This document shows positions 10,400 through 20,457 of a DNA stretch of 64,000 nt, piece after piece. Below the pieces are notes generated by a model, which was given only the letters and a program-made list of their open reading frames with translations, searched no databases and was not told where the DNA came from. How positions within the stretch are numbered: position 1 is the stretch's first letter; the number at the start of each line of letters is the position of its first letter. A program made the position numbers and the translations under genes. This stretch comes from a virus (Duplodnaviria; Caudoviricetes): the IMG/VR virus record IMGVR_UViG_3300032227_001172, positions 32,001 through 96,000 of that record; one strand, written 5' to 3'.

Positions 10400-10799
10400 A
10401 AATTTTTTAGAGAATATAGATTTAACAGACCAAGAAAAATCTGTATTAAATGTAATAGAAAATAAGATACAAAAGTATTTAGAATTAACAAAACAAAATA
10501 ATCTCAACAATATAGAAGAGATTATGGAGAATCCGAGTACTCTTGGGGAAACACCATTTCATTCTAAACACATCACTACGTATGAACGAGAAATTTTTGT
10601 ACATTTAGAAATGGAAATATCTGCTATAAATGAAAATGGACAACTAACGGAGGTTGGACAAATTTTAGAAAATTTCTATCATATACCAGTACCGTCTGGA
10701 TCCAACTACATAGAAAAAATACAAAATTTTACAGAGAAGTTTGAAAAAGAATTAAATAATTGCGCTATTCAAATTCATAAACACAATGAATCCAAATAA
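10392..10799 (+). CDS. Hypothetical protein
   Basis: ORF in the operon; likely start at 10392 overlapping the upstream stop. Confidence 0.6.
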   Translation: MDKNFLENIDLTDQEKSVLNVIENKIQKYLELTKQNNLNNIEEIMENPSTLGETPFHSKHITTYEREIFVHLEMEISAINENGQLTEVGQILENFYHIPVPSGSNYIEKIQNFTEKFEKELNNCAIQIHKHNESK

Positions 10800-11202
10800 A
10801 TATATCTCGAAATATTCTAATAATAAAACAGTTTCTGCGGCTCAATATATTACAGAACTAATTTGTGAACGAAAAGCCGCAAAAGATAAAAAAGATCTTC
10901 ATTATAGATTTTGGTTATCTAAAGAATGGTCAATTTTTTTTAGGAATCAAATAGCAACGGCCAATAAGTTAGTAAAGCAGTATCCCGATAAAGCTATCGT
11001 AAATGCTTTGTTAACAGATCAAGGTAAAAAAATTTTTTCGTTGCGAGCACCCCATCTTCCTTCTATCATAGAACAAGAAGAGGCAAAGCTATCTCAGCAA
11101 AATCAAACAATGACTAAGCAGATAGATCGTAAAACAGATATTACATACAGTAAATCTAAATTAAATAAAGGTATAATCTCAAGACTTAAGGAACTAGAAT
11201 AA
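10786..11202 (+). CDS. Hypothetical protein preceding recA
   Basis: 138-aa ORF, translationally coupled (TAATG) to recA. Confidence 0.7.
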   Translation: MNPNKYISKYSNNKTVSAAQYITELICERKAAKDKKDLHYRFWLSKEWSIFFRNQIATANKLVKQYPDKAIVNALLTDQGKKIFSLRAPHLPSIIEQEEAKLSQQNQTMTKQIDRKTDITYSKSKLNKGIISRLKELE

Positions 11203-12227
11203 TGTCATTAAAAGAGGACGTAAAGAAAAAATTTGGTGACGAAATCATACGCTCTGCTACAGCAGTTGTGGATAGGGAGTGCGTAGTGATACCTGTTAGC
11301 CCAGCTCTTGATATTGTTTTAAACGGAGGTATTCCAGAAGGAAGTTTTGTTATTTTTACTGGACAACCCAAATGTGGCAAAACAACAACATCACTAGATT
11401 TTGCTGCTACAGCACAAAAAGAAGAATATAAAGGGGATCTAAAGAAACCAAGACATGTGTATTACCTAAATATAGAAGGTAGACTGAAAAAAAGAGATTT
11501 GGAGGGTATACCACATCTTAATTTAGATAGATTCGACATTATAGGTTCTCAACAAGGAAAAATTCTACACGCAGAAGAATATCTACAAATCGCTGAACGC
11601 ATTATTAATGAAGAACCAGGATCAGTTATAATCATAGACTCGTATTCTGCATTGTGTACAGAGGCTGAAATTACCAGCGATATGGATAAAATGCAACGTG
11701 CAGATGGGGCTAAGCTTTTAGCCAAGTTTTGTCGTAAAGTTGCTAATGTAATACCAGTAAATAAAAATATTGTTATAGGCATTACTCATTTAATGGGTAA
11801 TCCAGGTTATGGTAATGTTGAATGGAAAGAAAAGAGTGGACAAGCTATTGCATATCAAACAGACGTTAAACTAAGAGCAAAAATGTTTAGAGCATGGACC
11901 AGTAGTGCGGAAGGTCCGCAGATAGGTCAAGAGGTTGATTGGCAAGTGCTATGTTCTGCTCTTGGTCCTCCGGGTGGTAATATTAAGAGTTTTTTAAGAT
12001 ATGGGGAAGGTATAGACAAAGCTATGGAGCTTATTACTCTATGTATCGATTTAGGTATTATTGGTAAGGGTGGTGCTTGGTATACTCTAACTTCATTAGA
12101 GGATCAACCAAAATTCCAAGGCACTGAAAAATTAAGACAGTACGTTGTTGACAACCCTGAAGTTTATGATAAATTGATGTCTGAGTTGAGTAGTACTATG
12201 GGGTTGTCATGCAAGTCAAAGATCTAG
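11202..12227 (+). CDS. recA: RecA/UvsX-like recombinase
   Basis: SPALDIVLNGGIPEG, GQPKCGKTT Walker A, IIIDS Walker B, YGEGID, GAWY. Confidence 0.9.
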   Translation: MSLKEDVKKKFGDEIIRSATAVVDRECVVIPVSPALDIVLNGGIPEGSFVIFTGQPKCGKTTTSLDFAATAQKEEYKGDLKKPRHVYYLNIEGRLKKRDLEGIPHLNLDRFDIIGSQQGKILHAEEYLQIAERIINEEPGSVIIIDSYSALCTEAEITSDMDKMQRADGAKLLAKFCRKVANVIPVNKNIVIGITHLMGNPGYGNVEWKEKSGQAIAYQTDVKLRAKMFRAWTSSAEGPQIGQEVDWQVLCSALGPPGGNIKSFLRYGEGIDKAMELITLCIDLGIIGKGGAWYTLTSLEDQPKFQGTEKLRQYVVDNPEVYDKLMSELSSTMGLSCKSKI

Positions 12228-12625
12228 ATGGTAATTATCATTATTGGAAATTAATTGGTAATATAGCACATGCATCTTATGAGAAAAAATCTCATTTACA
12301 CTTACAGGCTAGACAATTAATAAAAGAATGTTTTCCTACATTGCAAATTTTAGAGGAAGTAGTAATACCCTTGCGTAGATCAGAGAGTCTGGTTTTGGAT
12401 TTTTATTTACCTCTTAATAAAAGGTGCATTGAGGTACATGGAGAACAACACTATAAGTTTACTAGATTTTATCACAAAGATATGATGGGATTTATTAGAC
12501 ATAAAAAACGAGATAAAGAAAAACAAGAATGGTGTGCTTTAAATGGTATAACTTATATAGAATTGCCATATGATGAAGATATCACAGCATGGAGACATAG
12601 GATTAGCAATAATGAAAACAGCTAA
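12209..12625 (+). CDS. PD-(D/E)XK endonuclease (DUF559/Vsr-like)
   Basis: LVLDFYLP...CIEVHGEQHY...RD..K..WC..NGI..IELPY. Confidence 0.75.
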   Translation: MQVKDLDGNYHYWKLIGNIAHASYEKKSHLHLQARQLIKECFPTLQILEEVVIPLRRSESLVLDFYLPLNKRCIEVHGEQHYKFTRFYHKDMMGFIRHKKRDKEKQEWCALNGITYIELPYDEDITAWRHRISNNENS

Positions 12626-13097
12626 AGAAGAACTAGAGACTTGGGACGGTGTTTTAGATGAATATGAAACTCGTTTAGGTCTGCCAACCTATTCAGAAAA
12701 TATTTTACCAGAAGCTGAATTACAGAATTATCTCACAATGAGCAGAGACGTATTGGAAAAAACTACAGCGGAAGACTGTGGTCAAATAGCTTATAGGTTA
12801 GCACAATTCAGTTTCCATATTCAAAGAACACTAAATAGAGAAAATGCCAGATATAATTGGGCAGAAGAAACTATTAAAGAAGTAATAGCTGATGATATTA
12901 ATACTTATAAAGGTTATGGCTATTTAGAAAAATCCACACAAGCCATTAAACATAATGACAGAGCATCCAATCTGAATAAAATTAAAAAATATGCAAAACA
13001 GAGGTGCGATAGACTAACGTACCTAGCCACATCTGTAAAAAATTTGTCTGATATTCTATTATCTATACAAAAAACAAAGGGTTTAAGAAATGCATGA
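12612..13097 (+). CDS. Hypothetical alpha-helical protein (position suggests a UvsY-like recombination mediator)
   Basis: Coiled-coil-like ORF two genes after recA; function inferred only from context. Confidence 0.45.
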   Translation: MKTAKEELETWDGVLDEYETRLGLPTYSENILPEAELQNYLTMSRDVLEKTTAEDCGQIAYRLAQFSFHIQRTLNRENARYNWAEETIKEVIADDINTYKGYGYLEKSTQAIKHNDRASNLNKIKKYAKQRCDRLTYLATSVKNLSDILLSIQKTKGLRNA

Positions 13098-13473
13098 TTT
13101 AACTCCAGAACAAATTAAACAAATGATAACAATGCTACAGAGTATGTTGCCACAAGAGGCTACTACTACAAATGTGGATACAGTTGACAATAAGGACGCG
13201 CCACACAATAATAATATCAAGACATCCAAGAGAAGACCTCAGCCGTCATCAGTAAATAAATTTGATGCTATGGCAGAAGCCAGGATGCATAAAGATGATA
13301 TTGCTATTGATAAAAAATTAAATAAATACGGACCAACACCACGCACCAGAAAATTTGAATTTATCAATGTTAAGTGCAGGGTTTGCGGGAAAAATGAAAC
13401 TATCAATCCAGTTCTATTATATGAAACACCAGACAGATACAAGTGCAATAAATGTTCGGGGAGCGCAGGCTAA
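13090..13473 (+). CDS. Hypothetical protein with C-terminal zinc ribbon
   Basis: CRVCG...YKCNKC. Confidence 0.65.
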   Translation: MHDLTPEQIKQMITMLQSMLPQEATTTNVDTVDNKDAPHNNNIKTSKRRPQPSSVNKFDAMAEARMHKDDIAIDKKLNKYGPTPRTRKFEFINVKCRVCGKNETINPVLLYETPDRYKCNKCSGSAG

Positions 13474-14936
13474 TGATTTTATGTGATACATCTGCTGAAC
13501 GTGCTGTTTTATCTGGTATGTGTAAATATGGAGAAGATGCATATTTTGATGTAGCCGATATCTTACAAGAAACATCTTTTACTGTAGACAGTAATAAGAT
13601 TATTTATCAATGTCTCAAAAATATTTTTGATCGACACTCTAATGCTTCAATCGATGTTGCTATCATTTTTTCTTCTGCTTCCGAGATAGGCTTATCGCAT
13701 ATCTTTGACAAAAAGGAAGAAGTACAACATCTTAAAGCAATACTAGATTTTCCCGTTAATCTGGATAATATTCGTAAATTTGCTTCTAAGATACGCAAGT
13801 TAGAAATTGCTCGTTTACTCAGGGAGCAATTACAAAAGGCTCAAGATAAAATCTTAGATGTAAACGGTAATGAATCTATAGGAGCTATTCTAGGTATTGC
13901 CGAAGATTCGATTTTTGATTTTACTAATGTTCTGAACGATGCAGATAATAATCCTGTTGCTATTAGTGACGACATTGAAGCCTATATAGACGATTTGATT
14001 AATCATAAAATAGATCAGGTTGGTATTCCGACTGGCTTCCCTGTATATGATCAAGCTATTGGTGGAGGATTGCGAAAAAGCACAGTCAATGTTATTGCTG
14101 CTCGACCAAAAACAGGTAAAACATTATTATCAGATAATATGGGGTTTTACATAGCTAATAAATTACAAATTCCGGTATTGAATATGGATACCGAAATGAC
14201 GAAAGAGGATCATTTAAATAGAGTTTTGGCAATGATGAGCGAAATTGAAATTAATCAAATCGAAACTGGAAAATTTGCTGAAACCCCAAATAAGGCAGTC
14301 AAAATAAAACAGGCTGTTACAGACCTAAAACAAACCAAACTATACTATAAGTCTATTGCTGGTAAATCTTTTGAAGATCAATTATCCATTATGAGAAGAT
14401 GGATTATTAAAGAAGTTGGACTGAATGAAGATGGAACCGCTAAAGACTGCGTTGTTTTTTATGACTACTTAAAACTTATGGATACCCAAGGCATGAGTCA
14501 AGACTTAAAGGAATATCAGGTCTTGGGTTTTATGATGACTCAATTACATAATTTTGCAACGAAATATAAGGTTCCTATAGTTGCTTTTGTACAATTAAAT
14601 AGAGACGGCATTACTAAAGAATCAACTGATACCGCTAGTGGTTCAGATCGTATTATTTGGCTATGTAGTAATTTTAGTATTTTCAAACGCAAAACACCAG
14701 AAGAAATCGCTGAAGATGGTCCAGATAATGGTAATCGTAAACTAGTTCCTTTAATTAGTAGACACGGAGGAGGATTAGATGACAACGATTATATCAATTG
14801 TCACATGAAAGGCTGGTGTGCTAAAATTACAGAAGGTAAAACTCGATTGGAACTTATCAAAAATAATAAAAATACGAATGATGGCTTTTTAGTAGAGGAT
14901 ACCAATGACAATGACGAAGACATCCCGTTTGAATGA
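13473..14936 (+). CDS. dnaB: Replicative DNA helicase DnaB
   Basis: AERAVL N-terminal domain, GIPTGF, AARPKTGKT, TEM, FYDYLKLM, QLNR, SR.GG. Start at the TAATG overlap. Confidence 0.92.
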   Translation: MILCDTSAERAVLSGMCKYGEDAYFDVADILQETSFTVDSNKIIYQCLKNIFDRHSNASIDVAIIFSSASEIGLSHIFDKKEEVQHLKAILDFPVNLDNIRKFASKIRKLEIARLLREQLQKAQDKILDVNGNESIGAILGIAEDSIFDFTNVLNDADNNPVAISDDIEAYIDDLINHKIDQVGIPTGFPVYDQAIGGGLRKSTVNVIAARPKTGKTLLSDNMGFYIANKLQIPVLNMDTEMTKEDHLNRVLAMMSEIEINQIETGKFAETPNKAVKIKQAVTDLKQTKLYYKSIAGKSFEDQLSIMRRWIIKEVGLNEDGTAKDCVVFYDYLKLMDTQGMSQDLKEYQVLGFMMTQLHNFATKYKVPIVAFVQLNRDGITKESTDTASGSDRIIWLCSNFSIFKRKTPEEIAEDGPDNGNRKLVPLISRHGGGLDDNDYINCHMKGWCAKITEGKTRLELIKNNKNTNDGFLVEDTNDNDEDIPFE

Positions 14937-16059
14937 TCAGGCTAAATTAAAAGTTTTGTGTGATGATTTATGCGATAATATCGATCAATTATTTGACTAT
15001 TTTAATTTGGACTATAAGGATCATGGTAAAATGATTTCAATGGCTTGTCCTATCCATGAGGGAGACAACATTAGTGCATTAAATCTTTATGTTCAGGGAG
15101 ATAATTATAGAGGCAATTGGAAATGTCGTACTCATCAGTGTGAAAAAATATTTAAAGGTTCCATTATAGGATTTGTTAGAGGCTTACTGTCTAATAAAAA
15201 GCACCAATGGTCCAAGAACGGAGATGATACGTGTTCTTTTAAAGAAACCATAGAGTTCATTACGTCTTTTTTAAAGAAGGATTTAAAAGATATTAAGGTT
15301 TCTAGGGTAGCTAGAAATAAAAACCAGTTTACCAGCACCATTAATCATATCAATAATGTATCGTCTATAAATACTAAAGGTTGCTTAAAAAGAAATGATA
15401 TCAGACCTCTATTAGATATACCAGCACAATACTATGTTGATAGAGGATTTTCTAAAGAAGTCTTAAATAAGTATGATGTGGGTCTTTGTAATAATCCAGC
15501 CAAAGAAATGCACAATAGGATTGTCGTTCCAATCTATGATATAAATTATGAATACATGATAGGATGTTCAGGTAGAAGTATTTTTGAAAAATGTCATTCG
15601 TGTTCTACTTTTCATAATCCGTCATTAGAATGCCCCGCAGATAATAAAAAATATCTATATTCTAAATGGAAACATAGTACTAATTTTAAAAGTCAAAATT
15701 GTCTATATAATTTTTGGTTTGCTAAAGAACATATAAAGAATAGTGGTATAGCAATCATAGTAGAAAGTCCAGGAAACGTATGGAAATTAGAAGAAAATGG
15801 TATTCATAACAGTGTTGCAGTTTTTGGTGCAAATCTAAGTGATCGTCAAAAAATATTGCTAGATGCTTCCGGGGCAATGAATCTTATTGTTCTCATGGAC
15901 AATGATGAAGCTGGACAAAAAGCTACATTGGCTATTATAGATAAATGCAAAAACACTTATCGTATACATGTTCCTACTATATCAAAAGCTGACGTTGGAG
16001 AAATGAATACCGAAGAAATCGAACAACATATTAAACCATTTATTAAGAGGATACTATGA
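14905..16059 (+). CDS. dnaG: DNA primase DnaG-like (CHC2 zinc finger plus TOPRIM)
   Basis: CPIH...WKC..HQC; RIVVPIYD; GCSGR; IIVES; LMDNDEAG. Extra CxxC..H..C insertion. Confidence 0.88.
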   Translation: MTMTKTSRLNDQAKLKVLCDDLCDNIDQLFDYFNLDYKDHGKMISMACPIHEGDNISALNLYVQGDNYRGNWKCRTHQCEKIFKGSIIGFVRGLLSNKKHQWSKNGDDTCSFKETIEFITSFLKKDLKDIKVSRVARNKNQFTSTINHINNVSSINTKGCLKRNDIRPLLDIPAQYYVDRGFSKEVLNKYDVGLCNNPAKEMHNRIVVPIYDINYEYMIGCSGRSIFEKCHSCSTFHNPSLECPADNKKYLYSKWKHSTNFKSQNCLYNFWFAKEHIKNSGIAIIVESPGNVWKLEENGIHNSVAVFGANLSDRQKILLDASGAMNLIVLMDNDEAGQKATLAIIDKCKNTYRIHVPTISKADVGEMNTEEIEQHIKPFIKRIL

Positions 16060-16637
16060 TTATAGCATTTGCTGGTAGAAAACAATCCGGTAAAACAAGT
16101 GCGTGTGAATTTGTTTCCAATGTTTGTTATGGAAATGGCTTAAATAGAATCCAAATATATAATTTTGCTGATCCACTAAAAGAAATGTGCATTAATATTC
16201 TGGGCTTAGAACATTATCAATGTTATGGATCAGATCATGAAAAAAACGAATTAGTCGATTGCTACTGGGACAATAAACAATTAACAGCTAGAGAAGTAAT
16301 GCAATTAGTTGGTACTAATATGTTCCGTGCCTTACAGCACAACGTTTGGTCTGAAGCCACAATACGCAGAATTCAAAAGGATAAATTTGATCTAGCTTTG
16401 ATTGCAGATTGTCGTTTTCCTAATGAGGTAGAAGCCATAAAAAAAGCCGGTGGATTGGTCATCAAATTAAATAGAAATTTATATAACTCTACCCATGAAA
16501 GTGAAAAAGCTTTAGATCCAGATCAATACGACAGTAGTAATTTTGATTTGGTTATAAATAACCAAGATATCTCAACAGCAACAAAAAATAATCTAATATA
16601 TAATTTCCTATTACAAAAAGGGGTGCTATTATCATAA
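16056..16637 (+). CDS. Deoxynucleoside monophosphate kinase
   Basis: IIAFAGRKQSGKT, FADPLK, REVMQLVGT, IADCRFPNE, HESE. Confidence 0.88.
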   Translation: MIIAFAGRKQSGKTSACEFVSNVCYGNGLNRIQIYNFADPLKEMCINILGLEHYQCYGSDHEKNELVDCYWDNKQLTAREVMQLVGTNMFRALQHNVWSEATIRRIQKDKFDLALIADCRFPNEVEAIKKAGGLVIKLNRNLYNSTHESEKALDPDQYDSSNFDLVINNQDISTATKNNLIYNFLLQKGVLLS

Positions 16638-17674
16638 TTACTTACTTAAGAAGTAGTTCATATGGAACACACTCTATGTGTCCGATGCAATATTTTATAG
16701 AATATAATTTAGGTATGAAGTCTCCGTCCAATAAAAAAGCAGATAAAGGCACTATATGCCATAAGGTTTTTGAAATTTTAGCTTTCATTAAGTTAAATAA
16801 GCAAAATAACAGCAAATATTTTGAAGACGATATTGTAGGAAATATTGATATTACAAATTATAGTTTATCTGAACTGATAGAACAAGTATATAACTATTAT
16901 ACATCTCGTTTTACTCATCATGAGTGGACACCTAAAGACTTTAAAGACTGCACTAATTGGATTCATAAGGCTTTAGATTATGGAAACGGAATGTTCGATC
17001 CACGCAATAGAGATATTATATGTCCAGAACAACATTTTGATATACCCATTACTAAAGACTGGGCAAAATATGACTATCCTACCAAAGAAGGTCGATTAAA
17101 AGGAACACTGGGTATAAAAGGGACTATTGATCTTATTACAAAAGTTAACGACGAGACCTACGAAATCATAGACTGGAAAACAGGTAGGAGGCTTGATTGG
17201 GCTACTGGTGAAGAAAAAACATTAAATAAGTTACATTCTGATCCACAATTAATGTTATATTATTATGCTATTCATCAATTATATCCTCATATAAAATATA
17301 TTATTGTTTCTATTAATTTTATTAATGATGGAGGCATGTTCTCGGTGTGTTTCAATCAGTCACATCTTTATCAGGTTGAAATGATGCTAAAACAAAAATT
17401 TGAGACCATAAAAAATACTAATAATCCACCATTAAATAAAAGCTGGAAATGTAGTAAATTATGTCATTTTGGTAAAAATAGTTTCGCCAATACAAATCAT
17501 GCACCACTTATAGAATATAGAAAAAATCAAACTATTCCTATAGGTAACACAATGACTATTTGTGAACAAATCAAACACGACATTGGTATCAAGGGTATGA
17601 ACAATGTGATTGACGAGTATCAGACACCAGGATATAATATAGGACAGTACAAAGCCCCTGGAAGTGCAGAATAA
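16634..17674 (+). CDS. Cas4/AddB-like PD-(D/E)XK exonuclease with probable Fe-S cysteines; likely non-ATG start at 16628-16634 (first ATG at 16676)
   Basis: TYLRSSSY....MCP N-terminal motif, KGTICH, IKGTIDL, IIDWKTG, QLMLY, CSKLC...C. Confidence 0.82.
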   Translation: MITYLRSSSYGTHSMCPMQYFIEYNLGMKSPSNKKADKGTICHKVFEILAFIKLNKQNNSKYFEDDIVGNIDITNYSLSELIEQVYNYYTSRFTHHEWTPKDFKDCTNWIHKALDYGNGMFDPRNRDIICPEQHFDIPITKDWAKYDYPTKEGRLKGTLGIKGTIDLITKVNDETYEIIDWKTGRRLDWATGEEKTLNKLHSDPQLMLYYYAIHQLYPHIKYIIVSINFINDGGMFSVCFNQSHLYQVEMMLKQKFETIKNTNNPPLNKSWKCSKLCHFGKNSFANTNHAPLIEYRKNQTIPIGNTMTICEQIKHDIGIKGMNNVIDEYQTPGYNIGQYKAPGSAE

Positions 17675-17709
17675 ATCAAATTACTTATGATTGGTGAGTC
17701 ATTCATTTT

Positions 17710-19584
17710 ATGAAGAAATATATCCCTTTGCACGTACATTCTATGTACAGCTTATTGGACGGTTTGTCTAAACCAGATCAAATTGCTGATAGATGTATAG
17801 AAATAGACGCTAAATCATGTGCTTTAACAGATCATGGTAATATCGCCGGTGCTGTTAAATTTTATACTCAGATGAAAAAAAGAGGTATAAAACCAATACT
17901 GGGTTGTGAACTATACATTAGCGACAATGATGCTTCTATACAAGATAAAAATAATAAAAAATTGAGCCATTTTATAGTATTGGCTAAAAACTATCATGGA
18001 TGGCAAACCTTAATTAAAATTGTATCCGAATCAAATAAACCTGAATTTTATTATCATAAACCAAGACTAGATCTTAATCGTCTAGGAGAATTACTGGATG
18101 GTAATTTGATAGGTTTTTGTGGACATCTAGGATCAACCCTCGCAGATAAGTTGGTTATCGGAGATACTATATCTAATGACTGGAGAAACATTGGTCTAGA
18201 ATATATTGGTAAATTTAAAGATATATTTGGTAAAGAAAATTTTTTCTTAGAATCTCAATTAATGGATAAAGATAATTTATCCGTACAATCTCCTTTGACT
18301 GATTGTATTAGAGAATTAGCCAAATTAACTAATACGAAAGTTATTTGTACTCCAGACGCACATTATTGCAGACGTTCTGATGCTGTTGATCAAAGAGTAT
18401 TGCTATGCAATAATCTAAAGACTACATTGCCAGAGATCAATAGAAAATTAAATAATAATGAAGAGATAGGACTAAGTGCATTTTTCCATTCAGAAAATTT
18501 TCATATTTTATCTCAAGAAGAAATTCATACTCTCCATACCCAAGAAGAAATCAATAATACAAATATTGTTGATGACATGTGTGAAGAATATGATATTTTA
18601 AGTAAGCCAAACCTACCTCCATTTGATTGTCCGGATGGCTATGATGACGCTGAATATCTGAGACAGTTATGTAGAAACGGATGGAAAACCAAAATAGCCA
18701 ACACCGTTCCTGCTGAAGACCAACAAGCTTATATAGATAGAATCAAATATGAACTAGACGTATTACAGGGGGCTAACTTGTCTAGTTATTTTTTGATCGT
18801 TCAAGATATAGTTAATTATGTTAGAGGTAATAATTGGTTGCCTGGACCCGGTAGAGGTTCTGCTGCTGGTTGTTTAGTTTCATATTTAATAGGTATTACT
18901 AATATAGATCCCATTAAATATAATCTTATGTTTGATAGGTTCTATAATGCTGGCCGTAATACTAAAGAACACATATCAATGCCAGATATAGATGTGGATG
19001 TTCCGATTAATAAACGAGAAGATATTATTCAGTATATTAAAAATAGATATGGTATTGACAAAGTATCTCAAATGATTACATTCAATACTATTAAAGGCAG
19101 AGGCGCTTTAAAAGATGTATTGAGAGTATATGGTAATATTTCTTTCGAAGAAATGAATAGAATTACCAAAAATATACCAGATGAAGCTAAAATTGCAGAC
19201 GAATTGCAAGTCATGAAAGACGAAACAGGAGAGGCATCCATTATTAGATGGGCCTTAGAAAATAATGCTGATAAGCTCAAAGAATGGTGTTTCATAGACC
19301 AACAAGGAGAATTGCAAGGACCGCTTGCCAAAAGGTTTGAACAGGCTATAAGATTAGAAGGCGTGAAGTCAAACCAATCTAAACACGCAGCGGGTATTGC
19401 TATTAGTTCTCAAACATTAAGCGATATTTGTCCGATGGTATATGATTCCAAAAACGATCAGATGATTGCTGGTATGGAAATGCAAGATCTAGAAGCAATT
19501 GGCATTATTAAGTTTGATATTCTCGGAGTAGCGATGTTAGACAAAATTATGACTATTCAAGATTTATTAAAAGAAGGAGACTAA
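17710..19584 (+). CDS. dnaE: DNA polymerase III alpha subunit, N-terminal half (PHP, palm, thumb)
   Basis: LHVHSMYSLLDG, TDHGN, DAHY, GPGRGSAAGCLV, MPDIDVD, KHAAG, IKFDILG; ends shortly after the third catalytic Asp. Confidence 0.93.
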   Translation: MKKYIPLHVHSMYSLLDGLSKPDQIADRCIEIDAKSCALTDHGNIAGAVKFYTQMKKRGIKPILGCELYISDNDASIQDKNNKKLSHFIVLAKNYHGWQTLIKIVSESNKPEFYYHKPRLDLNRLGELLDGNLIGFCGHLGSTLADKLVIGDTISNDWRNIGLEYIGKFKDIFGKENFFLESQLMDKDNLSVQSPLTDCIRELAKLTNTKVICTPDAHYCRRSDAVDQRVLLCNNLKTTLPEINRKLNNNEEIGLSAFFHSENFHILSQEEIHTLHTQEEINNTNIVDDMCEEYDILSKPNLPPFDCPDGYDDAEYLRQLCRNGWKTKIANTVPAEDQQAYIDRIKYELDVLQGANLSSYFLIVQDIVNYVRGNNWLPGPGRGSAAGCLVSYLIGITNIDPIKYNLMFDRFYNAGRNTKEHISMPDIDVDVPINKREDIIQYIKNRYGIDKVSQMITFNTIKGRGALKDVLRVYGNISFEEMNRITKNIPDEAKIADELQVMKDETGEASIIRWALENNADKLKEWCFIDQQGELQGPLAKRFEQAIRLEGVKSNQSKHAAGIAISSQTLSDICPMVYDSKNDQMIAGMEMQDLEAIGIIKFDILGVAMLDKIMTIQDLLKEGD

Positions 19585-19585
19585 A

Positions 19586-19771
19586 ATGTCCACAACACAG
19601 AAATTTGTAGATATTGCTATTGGCACTAAATTTAAGTTTGACAATAAAGAATATGTAAAGATTAAAGATCAAAGAGTAACATGTTGTAAAGTTTTTAATG
19701 CTACATTACCCGATGACCCCAATCAAAAGTTTTTTATTGTTCCAATTAGCGAGGTAGAAATTATCAACTAA
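19586..19771 (+). CDS. Small hypothetical protein between the dnaE halves
   Basis: 61 aa, AGGAG RBS upstream, TAATG-coupled to the exonuclease. Confidence 0.65.
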   Translation: MSTTQKFVDIAIGTKFKFDNKEYVKIKDQRVTCCKVFNATLPDDPNQKFFIVPISEVEIIN

Positions 19772-20457
19772 TGATTAATTATAACAAAATTTGCGTATTT
19801 GATTTTGAAACAGACGGTACTGATACTAGTTCATGTAGCCCAGTGCAGTTAGCCGCTGTCATTATTGATCCTCTTAAATTAGAAGTGATTGCCAATTCCG
19901 AATTTAACATCTATTTTAAACCAGAAGTGTTAGAGAAGGATCCAAAATATGAGTATACGACAGATGTTGTAGATTTTCATGCAAAAGTTCAGGGCTGTTC
20001 AAAAGCAGATATCATGGATAGATGGCTACAATATCCATCACAAGAGCATTCTTGGAAAATGTTTGTAGATTATTTAGATAAATATCATACCCGAACATCA
20101 AAGAAAAGTCAGTTTTCTGCACCAATAGCAGCTGGATATAATATATATAGATTTGATCTTCCTATAGTTGATAGACTAAGCAAAAAATATGGGAATACTA
20201 ATAAAGAAAATAGATCAGACATATTTTATCCTAGAGACGTAATAGATATTATTAATTTAGTATTTTATTGGTTTGAACATAATAGTGAATTGAAAAGCTA
20301 TACATTGGATTCTTTAAGAGATTACCTCGGTATTTCTAAAGAAGGGGCACACGATGCTGTCAAGGATATTAGAGATAGTGCAGAAGTCTTGATCAGATTT
20401 ATGAAACTGCATAGGCGTTTATCTAACAGTATAAAGTTTAAGGATTCGTTTAAATGA
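19771..20457 (+). CDS. DEDDh 3'-5' exonuclease (DnaQ/epsilon-like proofreader)
   Basis: VFDFETDG (ExoI), AGYNI..FDL (ExoII), AHDAVKDI (ExoIII). Confidence 0.9.
   Translation: MINYNKICVFDFETDGTDTSSCSPVQLAAVIIDPLKLEVIANSEFNIYFKPEVLEKDPKYEYTTDVVDFHAKVQGCSKADIMDRWLQYPSQEHSWKMFVDYLDKYHTRTSKKSQFSAPIAAGYNIYRFDLPIVDRLSKKYGNTNKENRSDIFYPRDVIDIINLVFYWFEHNSELKSYTLDSLRDYLGISKEGAHDAVKDIRDSAEVLIRFMKLHRRLSNSIKFKDSFK

Noticed and set aside
16634-17674. Cas4-like gene as evidence for a CRISPR-Cas locus
   Set aside because: No cas1/cas2 or repeat array nearby. It sits in the replication operon, as stand-alone phage PD-(D/E)XK nucleases commonly do.
17687-17702. Hairpin ATGAT-tggtga-GTCAT over the possible RBS of dnaE-N (translational operator)
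   Set aside because: Only a 5-bp AT-rich stem with a G-U pair, which is too weak to support.
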